From a bacterium (GTDB lineage Bacteria > Bacteroidota > Rhodothermia > Rhodothermales > UBA10348), in the NCBI GenBank assembly GCA_013204185.1, contig JABMOI010000025.1, positions 14,213 through 78,212 on the forward strand: 64,000 nucleotides of DNA. Reading direction: 5' to 3'. Position 1 is the first letter of the stretch. Each line of letters begins with the position of its first letter. Position numbers and translations under genes: made by a program. Shown here in pieces: positions 17,464-27,015 of the stretch. The notes under the pieces were generated by a model, which made no database searches, was not told the origin of the DNA, and saw only the letters and a program-made list of their open reading frames with translations.

Positions 17464-20400
17464 TTAGTTCGTTTTGACGAAAGACTTGGTGAGAATGGAG
17501 CCCTGTTGCTCTATCTGAATGAAATACGGACCTGCTGCCAATCCGTTTGACCCAATTGGCAATTGCTGCGCCCCTGCAGAAACAACCCCAGAGAATATCG
17601 TGCTTACGACACGGCCTTGAAGGTCAATAATCCGAATGGTTGCTTGCCCGCCTTGGCCGCTGTTCCACGCCAATGTGGCTGTTGTTTGGAATGGATTGGG
17701 ATACACAGATTCCAGATAAGCACCCTGCGGAAGAACGGGGTTTTCAACGGCGGTACCAACAAAGGGTATCAGAGGAACCTGTGACAGTGGTAACGACCAG
17801 ATACCTCTACCATGGGTCGCAGCAACAATTTGACCATCTACCAAACGAAGTTGCCAGACTGCTACAGCGGGAAGGCCGCCCTCTGAAATAGACCACGTAG
17901 CTCCATTGTCTACTGACTCAACAATCCCAATTTCAGTAGCAGCCCAAAGGCGGGCAGAATTCGGGAAATCCAACAAATCAAACACGGTTACGTCTGGAAA
18001 TCCATTTTGACTGATCAGCCCATTGGGTCCAGGGTCAAAACCAGAGAGGTCTTCCCATTGCTGCCCCATGTCAGTGCTTCGGATAATTTTTGCCCTGTTC
18101 GAGGCTGAAAACATGACATACACGACCTCCGAATCGTCAAAACTAGTTGAAAGCCCACTGATTGGGCCCGGCGCAATAGATGGAGTTGGAACGGGAGAAA
18201 ACGCTCCTCCTCGGTTTGAGGATACAAGCAGTTTGCCGCTCGGATCTCCTGAGGTGGGGACGGCATCCATTTCGGAGCCAGCCCACACAATAGCGGGATC
18301 CTTTTGAGAAACGCGAACGATAGCCCGGCGATAAAACCCCCAGTCCTCATCGGGGATGGCGGTAAGGCGCCACGTTTCAGCAAAGTCGATGCTTTTCCAA
18401 ACACCCGACTTCCCGACCGTATACAGATTGTCTGAGTTAGTGGGGTCTTGATCGACTACCGTTAGAAACTGGGCTAATTCACTGGCTTCACCGGTGTCGG
18501 TGAGTCCACCTAATGCACTTTGCCAGTCTGTACCGCCGTTTAAGGAACGCTGGAAAAAATTCCATTGGGAGGTAACCAGCATCTTCTGGCTGTTTTGTTT
18601 GTGCCAAACCGCTTCAAAGCCGTCACCTCCGGACCGGCTAAACCAAAAATCATCGGGCTGCGAGTTCGTGATTGAAGTCCACGAGCCGTTGTCTTGTGTC
18701 CCGCCAACGAAGGTGTTAGAGCCGGGCTTTTTATCGACCCCATAAAACTGAGACGTGTTATACCCTCGGTCTCGCGCTACCCAGCTCGTCCCTTGATTTC
18801 CTGAATAGTATATCCCTCCGTCGTTTCCGAGGACGATTTGAAATCCAGTACCCGAAGTTGGCGTGGCAACCATCACGTGTTGATCCGCGTGGACACCCGC
18901 GCCAATCTGAGAAATAGTTGCCGAGGGGGCTATCGCATCTTCCCAAAAGAACCGTAGCTGGGATTCGGGTAAGTTTTGTGCGTTCCACGTTGCGCCAGGA
19001 GTCAGGGTAGGCCACAAGAAATAGGCGAGATCCTTCGTTACTCCCCCCGTCTGGGCGATTTCGGGATCAGGAGATGAGTTGTTGTAGGGCCTAGCATGGA
19101 TGAAGAGGTATTCTCTTCCTAGGTCGGTAGGTGATTGTTCAATTAGGTCGAATACGCCGTTATTCACTCCATCTCGAAACGAGACCGCTAGCTGCCTGTT
19201 GTTCTCGGTATCCCAGACCTCAAACGGTACCGTCACATAGCCGGCATACGGATAAGCCACCAAATCGATACCCGCTTGGTTCGGAGGAATAAACCGATGC
19301 GCGAACTGGCTTTTGCCTGGTCCAAAACGAATTTCAACGGGCACCATTTTGTCGGGAGTGATGGTAGACTCAGGTTCGTCAATACCGAGACGCAGGGACC
19401 CATTCAAATACTTGGCGCCAAAATTGATATACGACAAGAAGGAAGCCGTATTGGTTTGGCTTGTGGTAAATAGATTCACCGTGACAGTTGAGCTCAGTGT
19501 GGCCTTGTAAAGCCAGACTCCACCTAAGTAAACTTGGTCTTTGTCAAAGGGATGGGCCAACACTGCGAGGTCATACCAACCCTGTTTGCCGGCAATATCA
19601 ACAGGATTGAGCGTGTTTGTGTCGACAAACTGAGTCCATGTCGAGGCGCCGTTGTCAGATAGATAGACGGGGTCGATGCCACTCGTGCTTTCTACAAGAG
19701 CAAACAGTCGATCGACCTTCACGGGAGAGATATCCAATTCCAACCGGGCTCCCGAGGACGCTTCCGTGAGCCCTGAGTTCATCCGAAACCAATTGGCTCC
19801 GGTGTCTGTGGATTTCCAGACTCCTCTTCCGGCCTCTACCGCATATTGGACCTTGAAATTTCCCGGCTCGTGTAGGATTTGATAAAACCCAAGCGATGTT
19901 GCAGCCGCCTTTAACTCCCTCCACGTAGACCCTCCGTCGCGCGTTTCGTGGATTCCGGTGGACGTGGCCACAATGACGTGGTTTTCGTCGGTCGGCGAAA
20001 CGATGATCCGATTTACAAACAGAAAGTCGTAGTTCGACTGGGTGGATGGAAGGGGTAGCCACGTGATTCCACCATCAATGGATTTGAACATGCCATCTCC
20101 GATCAGGGCGTCGCCGTTACGATACCCTTCTCCTGTTCCTGCATACATGACGCCCGGGTTTGAAGGGGTCTGGGCGAGCGCACCTATGGCTAGCCGGGGA
20201 AGGTGGTCTGTAAGCGGCGTCCACGAGTTCCCTTTATTCGTGGTTCTCCAGATTCCACCACCCACCGAACCCACAATCCAAGTGGAGTGTGTGGGGTCTG
20301 CTGCGTCCACAATGATGGCGCGCGTTCTGCCGCCTACATTTCCCGGACCGCGTTCAGTCCAAGGAAAAGACGCCTGACTGCCTTTGGCCGCGGCCCGCAT

Positions 20401-20613
20401 CTGATTGAAAGCCTCAAGGCGGTACCCGGGTCGGTATCCGGGCTCAACTTCTCCTTCCGCCGTGCGGATGGAGTGAAAGTAGGCGGAAAATTGGTCCGGT
20501 GAATCTTGGGCCAGAACAGCTTGATAGTCTTCCGCGGGCGAAGAGGTGTCAAGCAGGATGAGTGCAAACAGGGCCAGAAAGCCGAAAAAAGCGATACGAA
20601 GCGGTTTGATCAT
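17464..20613 (-). CDS. BNR/Asp-box repeat (sortilin/VPS10-like) protein with a T9SS C-terminal sorting domain
   Basis: At least eight SxDxGxTW-type boxes (SIDGGITWLP, TRDGGSTWRE, STDTGANWF, SDNGASTWTQ, SGNQGTSWVA, SLNGGTDWQS, SVDNGATWS). Signal peptide present. C-terminal domain VYPNPFQTTATLAW ... GPYFIQIEQQGSILTKSFVKTN. Confidence 0.8.
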   Translation of the reverse strand: MIKPLRIAFFGFLALFALILLDTSSPAEDYQAVLAQDSPDQFSAYFHSIRTAEGEVEPGYRPGYRLEAFNQMRAAAKGSQASFPWTERGPGNVGGRTRAIIVDAADPTHSTWIVGSVGGGIWRTTNKGNSWTPLTDHLPRLAIGALAQTPSNPGVMYAGTGEGYRNGDALIGDGMFKSIDGGITWLPLPSTQSNYDFLFVNRIIVSPTDENHVIVATSTGIHETRDGGSTWRELKAAATSLGFYQILHEPGNFKVQYAVEAGRGVWKSTDTGANWFRMNSGLTEASSGARLELDISPVKVDRLFALVESTSGIDPVYLSDNGASTWTQFVDTNTLNPVDIAGKQGWYDLAVLAHPFDKDQVYLGGVWLYKATLSSTVTVNLFTTSQTNTASFLSYINFGAKYLNGSLRLGIDEPESTITPDKMVPVEIRFGPGKSQFAHRFIPPNQAGIDLVAYPYAGYVTVPFEVWDTENNRQLAVSFRDGVNNGVFDLIEQSPTDLGREYLFIHARPYNNSSPDPEIAQTGGVTKDLAYFLWPTLTPGATWNAQNLPESQLRFFWEDAIAPSATISQIGAGVHADQHVMVATPTSGTGFQIVLGNDGGIYYSGNQGTSWVARDRGYNTSQFYGVDKKPGSNTFVGGTQDNGSWTSITNSQPDDFWFSRSGGDGFEAVWHKQNSQKMLVTSQWNFFQRSLNGGTDWQSALGGLTDTGEASELAQFLTVVDQDPTNSDNLYTVGKSGVWKSIDFAETWRLTAIPDEDWGFYRRAIVRVSQKDPAIVWAGSEMDAVPTSGDPSGKLLVSSNRGGAFSPVPTPSIAPGPISGLSTSFDDSEVVYVMFSASNRAKIIRSTDMGQQWEDLSGFDPGPNGLISQNGFPDVTVFDLLDFPNSARLWAATEIGIVESVDNGATWSISEGGLPAVAVWQLRLVDGQIVAATHGRGIWSLPLSQVPLIPFVGTAVENPVLPQGAYLESVYPNPFQTTATLAWNSGQGGQATIRIIDLQGRVVSTIFSGVVSAGAQQLPIGSNGLAAGPYFIQIEQQGSILTKSFVKTN

Positions 20614-20729
20614 AAGGGGAATGCACGCGTCATCGGAAATAATAGAGCCAATATTGCGACTAGTTCGTTAAACAGCCTAACTTGTGACTTCGCCGATTGG
20701 TTCTTGAGCTCCAAACTACCACTTTTGAT

Positions 20730-23273
20730 ATGTCTTTTCGTAACGCCCTTTTGCTTGTTTGTTTGATGATGTTTTGCGTTTTGACTGTTCCAGGCTCCGC
20801 GCTAGGTCAAACCACGCTTCAGGATCCGAGCAGTTTTCTGGGGTACGAACTCGGCTCTAGGTTTTCGAGACACCACGCTGTGGTCGAATACTTTGAACAC
20901 GTTGCAGCCCAAAGCGATCGGGTGGAAATGGTGACGTACGGCCAGACCAACGAAGGGCGCCCGCTCACGCTAGCCTTTGTGAGTTCGCCTTCCAATTTGG
21001 CCCGCCTCGAAGAAATCCGAACTGACAATTTAAAGAAGGCCAAGCTAGAACCGGGCACTCCGACCGGAGCCCCTGTTTCTATTGTCTGGCTTAGTTATAA
21101 CGTACACGGAAACGAGTCAAACAGCACGGAAGCATCGATGGCTACCCTGTTTGCACTCGCCGATCCAAACAATGAAACCTCGACCAAATGGCTAAAGAAC
21201 ACATTGGTTGTGTTGGACCCAGCCATTAATCCAGACGGCCGCGACCGGTACGCCAACTGGTTCAATATGATGGTTGGCATGGATATGAATGTGAGCGAAG
21301 ACGCCATTGAGCACGACGAACCATGGCCGGGTGGCAGAACAAACCACTACTACTTTGACCTAAATCGGGACTGGGCTTGGCAGACTCAAGTAGAAACCAA
21401 GCAGCGCATGGTTGTCTACAAAAAGTGGATGCCTCATGTCCATGTAGACTTTCACGAGCAAGGCGTCAACAATCCGTATTACTTCGCTCCCGCTTCTGAA
21501 CCCGTCCACAGAGAAGTGACCCCATGGCAGCGGAAATTTGAGGAAGTCATCGGACGAAATCACGCTCGTTACTTTGATGAAGCGGGATGGCTCTACTTTA
21601 CCAAGCAGTCCTTCGATATTTATTATCCAGGGTATGGGGACAGCTTTCCTATGTTTAACGGCGCTATTGGGATGACGTATGAACAAGCTGGCGGCGGCGG
21701 CGCAGGTCTTGGTGTGTTAACGGCCGAAGGAGATACGCTTACGCTACTTGACCGGCTCACTCATCATACCACAACCGGGCTTTCGACCGTGGAGATGGCC
21801 TCGGCCAACAGCGAGCAGCTCGTTAACGAGTTTGCGTCATACTTTGACAAAGCAACGTCAGGATCTGGCTCAGAATATGCTTCGTACGTAATAAAGCAGG
21901 ATACGCCCGGAAACCGAATTGCCGCGCTCACCGCGCACCTGGACCGATTGGGCATTCAATACGGAAGCGCCTCTGCTTCGTCGAAAGTTGAGGGATACGA
22001 CTATAGAAGCGCTAAAAAAGGCCGTTATGAGGTCTCTGAAGGGGATTTGGTTATTCCAAGCGCCCAGCCACGAGCTGTCTTGACGCGCGTATTGTTTAAT
22101 CCCGTAACGCCCATATCGGATTCATTGACCTACGATATTACGGCGTGGGCCCTGCCCTACGCGTACGATCTAAACGCCATTGCAACGCCTACAAAGCTGT
22201 CCGCCACGACCTGGGTGGCTCCGATCGCTGCAAATGTAGCACACTCGAGCCTACCAGTAGCTTACGTTTCTGCTTGGGACGACGCCGGTGATGCAGCCTT
22301 TTTGGCTTCCCTACTCAAGGCGGATATAAAGGTGCGTTACGCAACCAAGGCTTTTGCAGTCGATGGGAGTACGTTTGAGCCGGGGTCCTTGATCATTACT
22401 TGGTCATCGAACCAGAAATTTGGGTCGAAATTCCAGCAGCTTGTTTACGGCATCGCCGCCGACCATGGTCAAAGTCTAACCGGAATTTCTACTGGTTTTG
22501 TGGATTCTGGATCTGATTTGGGCTCTTCGGATGTTCGCTTCATTGATGCACCACGTGTAGGAATGCCTTTTGGAGATGGAGTGAGTTCATCAGGCGTTGG
22601 AGAAGTGTGGTACTGGTTTGACCAAGTGATCGATTATCCTATCACTCGGTTTTCTGCCGATCGATTTTCTTCGCTGGACTTGGATGAATATGACGTCCTG
22701 ATTCTGCCATCCTTCGCCACCGACATGCTGTCCGAGACCGGGTTGGAAAAATTGACTGGCTGGATCCGGGCAGGTGGGCGCCTTGTCGCAACGGGAAGTG
22801 GGGCCTCGTCGCTGGCGGACAAAAAAGGGTTTTCGCTCACGTTCAAGGCGGCAGAAAAAACGCCAGACAGCACGGCGGTTAGCCTAGCGAAGAAAAAAAG
22901 ATATGAGGATCGGTCCAGGGACCGCGCTCCGACGGACAATCCAGGTGCCATCTACCGGGTTCAAGTGGACAACAGCCACCCACTAGGATTTGGGTTTGGC
23001 AATGAATCCTTCGTCTTGCGCTCTAGATCAGACCATCCAGCCGTATTGCAAGGTGGAAGCGATTGGAACGTGGGCGTAGTAGAGAAAAACGGCAGAGTGA
23101 GTGGTCACACGGGCTACGTTGCCGAAAAACGAATCGAGGAATCGCTTGCCTTTGGCGTACAATCCATGGGTCGTGGTTCAGTCGTGTATATGCTCGACAA
23201 TCCGCTATATCGCGGCTTCTGGATCAGTGGGCAACTGCTTTTTGCCAACGCCGTCTTCCTAGTTGGCCAGTAG
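20730..23273 (+). CDS. M14 family zinc carboxypeptidase, large secreted form
   Basis: The ATG at 20730 gives the signal peptide MSFRNALLLVCLMMFCVLTVPGSALG/Q. M14 zinc site YNVHGNESNSTEA, plus INPDGRDRY and FHEQG segments. Confidence 0.8.
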   Translation: MSFRNALLLVCLMMFCVLTVPGSALGQTTLQDPSSFLGYELGSRFSRHHAVVEYFEHVAAQSDRVEMVTYGQTNEGRPLTLAFVSSPSNLARLEEIRTDNLKKAKLEPGTPTGAPVSIVWLSYNVHGNESNSTEASMATLFALADPNNETSTKWLKNTLVVLDPAINPDGRDRYANWFNMMVGMDMNVSEDAIEHDEPWPGGRTNHYYFDLNRDWAWQTQVETKQRMVVYKKWMPHVHVDFHEQGVNNPYYFAPASEPVHREVTPWQRKFEEVIGRNHARYFDEAGWLYFTKQSFDIYYPGYGDSFPMFNGAIGMTYEQAGGGGAGLGVLTAEGDTLTLLDRLTHHTTTGLSTVEMASANSEQLVNEFASYFDKATSGSGSEYASYVIKQDTPGNRIAALTAHLDRLGIQYGSASASSKVEGYDYRSAKKGRYEVSEGDLVIPSAQPRAVLTRVLFNPVTPISDSLTYDITAWALPYAYDLNAIATPTKLSATTWVAPIAANVAHSSLPVAYVSAWDDAGDAAFLASLLKADIKVRYATKAFAVDGSTFEPGSLIITWSSNQKFGSKFQQLVYGIAADHGQSLTGISTGFVDSGSDLGSSDVRFIDAPRVGMPFGDGVSSSGVGEVWYWFDQVIDYPITRFSADRFSSLDLDEYDVLILPSFATDMLSETGLEKLTGWIRAGGRLVATGSGASSLADKKGFSLTFKAAEKTPDSTAVSLAKKKRYEDRSRDRAPTDNPGAIYRVQVDNSHPLGFGFGNESFVLRSRSDHPAVLQGGSDWNVGVVEKNGRVSGHTGYVAEKRIEESLAFGVQSMGRGSVVYMLDNPLYRGFWISGQLLFANAVFLVGQ

Positions 23274-23314
23274 GCGTCGATCCGCAGTAGGCCACGATCC
23301 GTTTTCGCAGCGGA

Positions 23315-23710
23315 TCAGGGCGCAGCTGCCATCAAGAGTGCGTAGGCTGCGGCCAACATATCTGCCATGATGAGCAGAAACAGAATGATGGTCTCTAGAA
23401 TGGAGAAGTGACGACGGGCCTCGTATGCCCTGCGCATTTCGCGTGAGCGGATAAACCCTTTCCGATCGTTAATAAGCAGCATCCAAATCTGCAAAGCGAT
23501 GGCAAATGCCGTTAGCCAGACCCATTGGACATCTATTACAACGGGTAGACCGATTCCGGCAACTCCAAAAGGAGCGACAAGCCAAAAAACTACGATGGCA
23601 GGCAACCCACGCTTTTTCTCAGAGCGTCTCTTTTTACCAGAGGAGGAGGACTTCTTTGCTCTGCGGGCAAGCTTTGTATCTAGATCGACTTCGGCCATGT
23701 GTGCTAACAC
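23315..23710 (-). CDS. Small membrane protein, unknown function
   Basis: Lys/Arg/Ser-rich N-terminus followed by three hydrophobic helices (LPAIVVFWLVAPFGVAGIGLPVV, WLTAFAIALQIWMLLI, ILETIILFLLIMADMLAAAYALLMAA). Confidence 0.5.
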   Translation of the reverse strand: MLAHMAEVDLDTKLARRAKKSSSSGKKRRSEKKRGLPAIVVFWLVAPFGVAGIGLPVVIDVQWVWLTAFAIALQIWMLLINDRKGFIRSREMRRAYEARRHFSILETIILFLLIMADMLAAAYALLMAAAP

Positions 23711-23875
23711 AATTCAGTTGAATGAGTGCGGAATATATGAACTCGAGACCTTTCCCGAGTTAAGTGTCCCCGAATTTTTTTAGGCTACGTATTTCTTTTA
23801 GAGTACCTATTTCTTTTGGACTACGTCGAAAACTGCAAAAAGCGTGGAATCGCACTCCGGGTAACGCCCGAAGGG

Positions 23876-24526
23876 CTAAGATGAGTGATGACTCGTGTAG
23901 TGGATTTTATGTTCTATACGATTCAATAAGCGTATCAGGGTTTCATGCCCTAGCGCGTCAATTGCGGCATGAACCGAAAACCATTTCACGTCGGTAATAT
24001 GCTCCTTTTTTTGCGGATGAAACTGTTCTGTATCCACCTTCATGTGGTACCAGTGGGTTGTTTTTACCATGAAATACCCACGATTCTCATACCCGTGAAT
24101 AGTGGTATCTAGAAAATCTAAGACGGTCACGGAATCAATTCCCAGCTCTTCTCTCACTTCCCTTCCAGCACATTCCTTTATGGTTTCGCCCTTGTCTAAT
24201 TTGCCCTTTGGAAGATCCCAAAGCTTTTTCCGATAGATTAAAAGGACTTTCAGATTCTTCTTTCCTTCCTTCGTCACAATGCCGCCGCCCGCTGAAACTT
24301 CTTTGGGTTTTCTGTACGGATTCGCATTTAGAATGGCTTTAGGGGGAATTTTCTTAACCAGGCCGTTTAATGTGGCGGGTGTTTTTGCGCCGTCCACAAC
24401 AAAGACAACTCCTCGTTTGTCTTTTTTTGCCAGTTTGAGATCTCGATACAGCCTGCTTTCGTCAAAATCCGTCTTTGAAATACCCGATTCGGCTTTTTCC
24501 TCAGACTCGACGTAAAAATAAAGCAT
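23876..24526 (-). CDS. NUDIX hydrolase
   Basis: Canonical Nudix box GKLDKGETIKECAGREVREELGI (GX5EX7REUXEEXGU) after an ~80-aa N-terminal extension. Confidence 0.85.
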   Translation of the reverse strand: MLYFYVESEEKAESGISKTDFDESRLYRDLKLAKKDKRGVVFVVDGAKTPATLNGLVKKIPPKAILNANPYRKPKEVSAGGGIVTKEGKKNLKVLLIYRKKLWDLPKGKLDKGETIKECAGREVREELGIDSVTVLDFLDTTIHGYENRGYFMVKTTHWYHMKVDTEQFHPQKKEHITDVKWFSVHAAIDALGHETLIRLLNRIEHKIHYTSHHSS

Positions 24527-24643
24527 ACATTTATGGGCAAGGAGAAGACATGGCTGAAACTACAGCCATAAAATCGCTCATTTGGTAGAAGATAGAACCA
24601 TAAAAGTTGCCCCGGCAACAAAAATATTGGCGTAACCGATAGT

Positions 24644-25252
24644 ATGAACGGATCTAAAGCTTTGGGGCGAAGCATTGTAGGAGTTGTACTATGCGGTGGA
24701 AAAAGCACTCGATTCGGTTCTAACAAGGCCCTTGCCCTGTATCAGGGACGTTCGCTCGTCTCCTCGGCAGCTTCCCTGCTGTCGCAATGCGTAGACCAAG
24801 TGGTCATATCTGTTGGGCAAACGGACGTGGAGTACGTCGCGGGTTGTGTTCACATTCAGGACACCATTCAAGACAAGGCTCAGGGCGCTGGGCCACTTGC
24901 TGGAATTGCAGCCGCCTTTGCCTCTACTTCTTGTGATAGCCTTCTCGTTTTGGCTACCGACTTGCCTTTGGTCGAAGAGGCAGATTTGAACGCGCTCCTG
25001 TTCGCGGAGCCTATAGCAGGCAAGCAAGCTCCGCTTACGCTCGGCCGAGATGCCCAAACCCAAAGAGTCCAGCCGTTATGTGGACTATGGGATCGGAGTG
25101 TCCACGCCTCGCTGGAGGGCTATTTAGCTAGCGGAAAGAGGGCCGTCATGGGCTTTATTGAGCAGTTTCAAGTACACTGGATTGACATCGAAGCGGGCCA
25201 TTTGACAAACATCAACAAAAAAGACGATTTAGGAGAAATCACCGACCGATAA
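24644..25252 (+). CDS. mobA: Molybdenum cofactor guanylyltransferase
   Basis: N-terminal nucleotide-binding motif GVVLCGGKSTRFGSNKAL. The size is about 200 aa. It sits directly upstream of a bis-MGD enzyme operon. Confidence 0.75.
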   Translation: MNGSKALGRSIVGVVLCGGKSTRFGSNKALALYQGRSLVSSAASLLSQCVDQVVISVGQTDVEYVAGCVHIQDTIQDKAQGAGPLAGIAAAFASTSCDSLLVLATDLPLVEEADLNALLFAEPIAGKQAPLTLGRDAQTQRVQPLCGLWDRSVHASLEGYLASGKRAVMGFIEQFQVHWIDIEAGHLTNINKKDDLGEITDR

Positions 25253-25274
25253 TGGTTGATCTTTGATTCTCCAT

Positions 25275-25290
25275 ACTTGATATTACAAGT
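25275..25290. promoter_or_regulatory. Candidate operator ACTTG-N6-CAAGT upstream of the FeS/NrfD-molybdoenzyme operon
   Basis: ACTTGATATTACAAGT lies 45 nt before the ATG at 25335. It has the same arms and spacing as the site at 30076-30091. Confidence 0.5.
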
Positions 25291-25334
25291 TACCATTTGA
25301 GGCCCTCCCCTCCGAGTAACACGCGCGCACGTCT

Positions 25335-27011
25335 ATGAATTATGGCTTTGTAATTAATAACGATAACTGCATTGGCTGCCACGCGTGTTCGACCGCGTGT
25401 AAGAGTGAAAATGAAGTTCCTTTGGGCGTTCAGCGCACATGGGTAAAGAGTGTAGAGACGGGTCTATACCCCAACGTTACGCGTAATTTTCAAGTCACCA
25501 GGTGTAATCACTGCGCGAATCCACCATGCGTTAGGATTTGCCCAGTAACGGCTATGTATCAGCGGGACGACGGGATCGTAGAATTTGACCCGGACGTGTG
25601 CATTGGGTGCAAAGCGTGCATGCAGGCCTGTCCGTACGACGCTATTTATATTGACCCAGAGTCAGGTACAGCGGCTAAGTGCCATTATTGCGCACACAAA
25701 GTAGACATCGGATTGGAGCCTGCCTGTGTTGTGGTTTGCCCTGAGCACGCCATTATTGCCGGCGATTTAGACGATCCGGAGTCAGAAATTTCCAAAATAG
25801 TTGCCAAAAACAAGGTAACGGTTCGAAAACCAGAACAAGGAACGGCGCCGAAGCTGTACTACATCGGTGGCGACGACGTGGCCATGCATCCAACGGCTAC
25901 CGATCGAACCCCAGATTCGTTTGCTTGGGCAGACGTTCTATCGCTACACGAGGGGGGCGGACGCACAGGAGATGGACACGCGGGCTCTGCTCCTCGCCCA
26001 GAAATTCCCTATTTGAAAAAATCTGCTTCTGGCGCTTCGCTTCGGCAGCCCCAGTCTCAGGGAGAGCCAACGGGTGGCCCCATTCAGATTGGAGAAGGCC
26101 GTATGGCCGAACAAATGACCCAGGTCGTTTGGAATGCGCAGCATAAAGTGCCTTGGCATTGGCCAGTGCCCGCCTATCTCGTTACGAAAGGCATCGCATC
26201 TGGACTGTTTATGATTCTTGGCTCGGCCTTTTTGTTTGGCCTGATTGGCGCAGATAACACCGTATTTATGGCCTCTGCGTTCATCTCTACGGTCTTTTTA
26301 GTGCTGACCACGGCATTGCTTGTGTTTGACCTAGAGCGGCCTGAAAGATTTCTGCGCATTATTACACGGCCCCAGTGGAAGAGCTGGCTGGTTCGGGGTG
26401 CATTCATCCTGATTGGGTTTAGTACACTTGTGGGCCTTTGGTGGGCTGGCGAGTTCGCCGTTTGGATGGGCTGGCTTGCAGAATCAGACATTGCCGGACT
26501 TCGAGCGCCCATCATGTGGGTAGGGTTGCCGCTCGCTTTGGGTACGGCAGTCTATACCGCTTTCTTGTTCGGACAGGCTGAAGGCCGAGACTTGTGGCAA
26601 AGCCCTTTGCTTCCTGTGCACCTGGTGGTACAAGCCATTATGGCTGGTAGCGCGATGTTGCTCATTTCGGATTCATTCCTCGAATTTGATGCTGCCTTGA
26701 GCGGCTTGGTCAGAGCCTGCTTCCTAGGAAGCCTAGGGGTCGATTTGGCCGTGACGCTTATGGGAGAATTCGGTATGCCCCACGCCTCGGAAGCAGCGGT
26801 TAAAGCCGCGCACATGATCACAAAAGGCCGATATGCCCGATCATTTTGGGGCGGAAGTGTCCTGCTTGGTCACATCATCCCGTTTATTCTGGTGCTTTCA
26901 GTAGCCGGAAATACGCTCGTCGGTGTTCTTGCCGGGGTGTTTGCACTCCTCGGGTTGTACTTGTTCGAACGCGCGTTTGTAAACGCCCCTCAAGAAATTC
27001 CAAATAGCTAG
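25335..27011 (+). CDS. Fusion of a 4x[4Fe-4S] ferredoxin subunit (PsrB/SoeB-like) with an NrfD/PsrC-like membrane quinone-interacting subunit
   Basis: The N-terminal ~190 aa carry four Cys clusters (CIGCHACSTACK, CNHCANPPCVRICP, CIGCKACMQACP, CHYCAHKV ... CVVVCP). A ~80-aa Gly/Pro-rich linker follows, then about eight hydrophobic helices. Confidence 0.85.
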   Translation: MNYGFVINNDNCIGCHACSTACKSENEVPLGVQRTWVKSVETGLYPNVTRNFQVTRCNHCANPPCVRICPVTAMYQRDDGIVEFDPDVCIGCKACMQACPYDAIYIDPESGTAAKCHYCAHKVDIGLEPACVVVCPEHAIIAGDLDDPESEISKIVAKNKVTVRKPEQGTAPKLYYIGGDDVAMHPTATDRTPDSFAWADVLSLHEGGGRTGDGHAGSAPRPEIPYLKKSASGASLRQPQSQGEPTGGPIQIGEGRMAEQMTQVVWNAQHKVPWHWPVPAYLVTKGIASGLFMILGSAFLFGLIGADNTVFMASAFISTVFLVLTTALLVFDLERPERFLRIITRPQWKSWLVRGAFILIGFSTLVGLWWAGEFAVWMGWLAESDIAGLRAPIMWVGLPLALGTAVYTAFLFGQAEGRDLWQSPLLPVHLVVQAIMAGSAMLLISDSFLEFDAALSGLVRACFLGSLGVDLAVTLMGEFGMPHASEAAVKAAHMITKGRYARSFWGGSVLLGHIIPFILVLSVAGNTLVGVLAGVFALLGLYLFERAFVNAPQEIPNS

Positions 27012-27015
27012 AGTT

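Noticed and set aside
23274-23314. GATCCG/CGGATC-type inverted repeats between the convergent M14 peptidase and membrane-protein genes
   Set aside because: The stems are 6-7 bp with long or ambiguous loops and no adjacent T-tract. A terminator is plausible, but the evidence is not strong enough to annotate it.
23785-23826. Short direct repeats TATTTCTTTT (23790-23799, 23808-23817) flanked by CTACGT, between the NUDIX gene and the small membrane-protein gene
   Set aside because: These are two copies of a 10-mer in AT-rich intergenic DNA, with no dyad symmetry and no link to a regulator. They are likely promoter-region composition bias.
25253-25334. CCTCCGAG (25309-25316) upstream of the molybdoenzyme operon, reminiscent of the conserved core of the Moco riboswitch
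   Set aside because: It is only an 8-nt match in an 82-nt leader. I cannot build the multi-stem Moco fold from the flanking sequence by eye. An Rfam RF01055 covariance scan would be needed, so it is not claimed.
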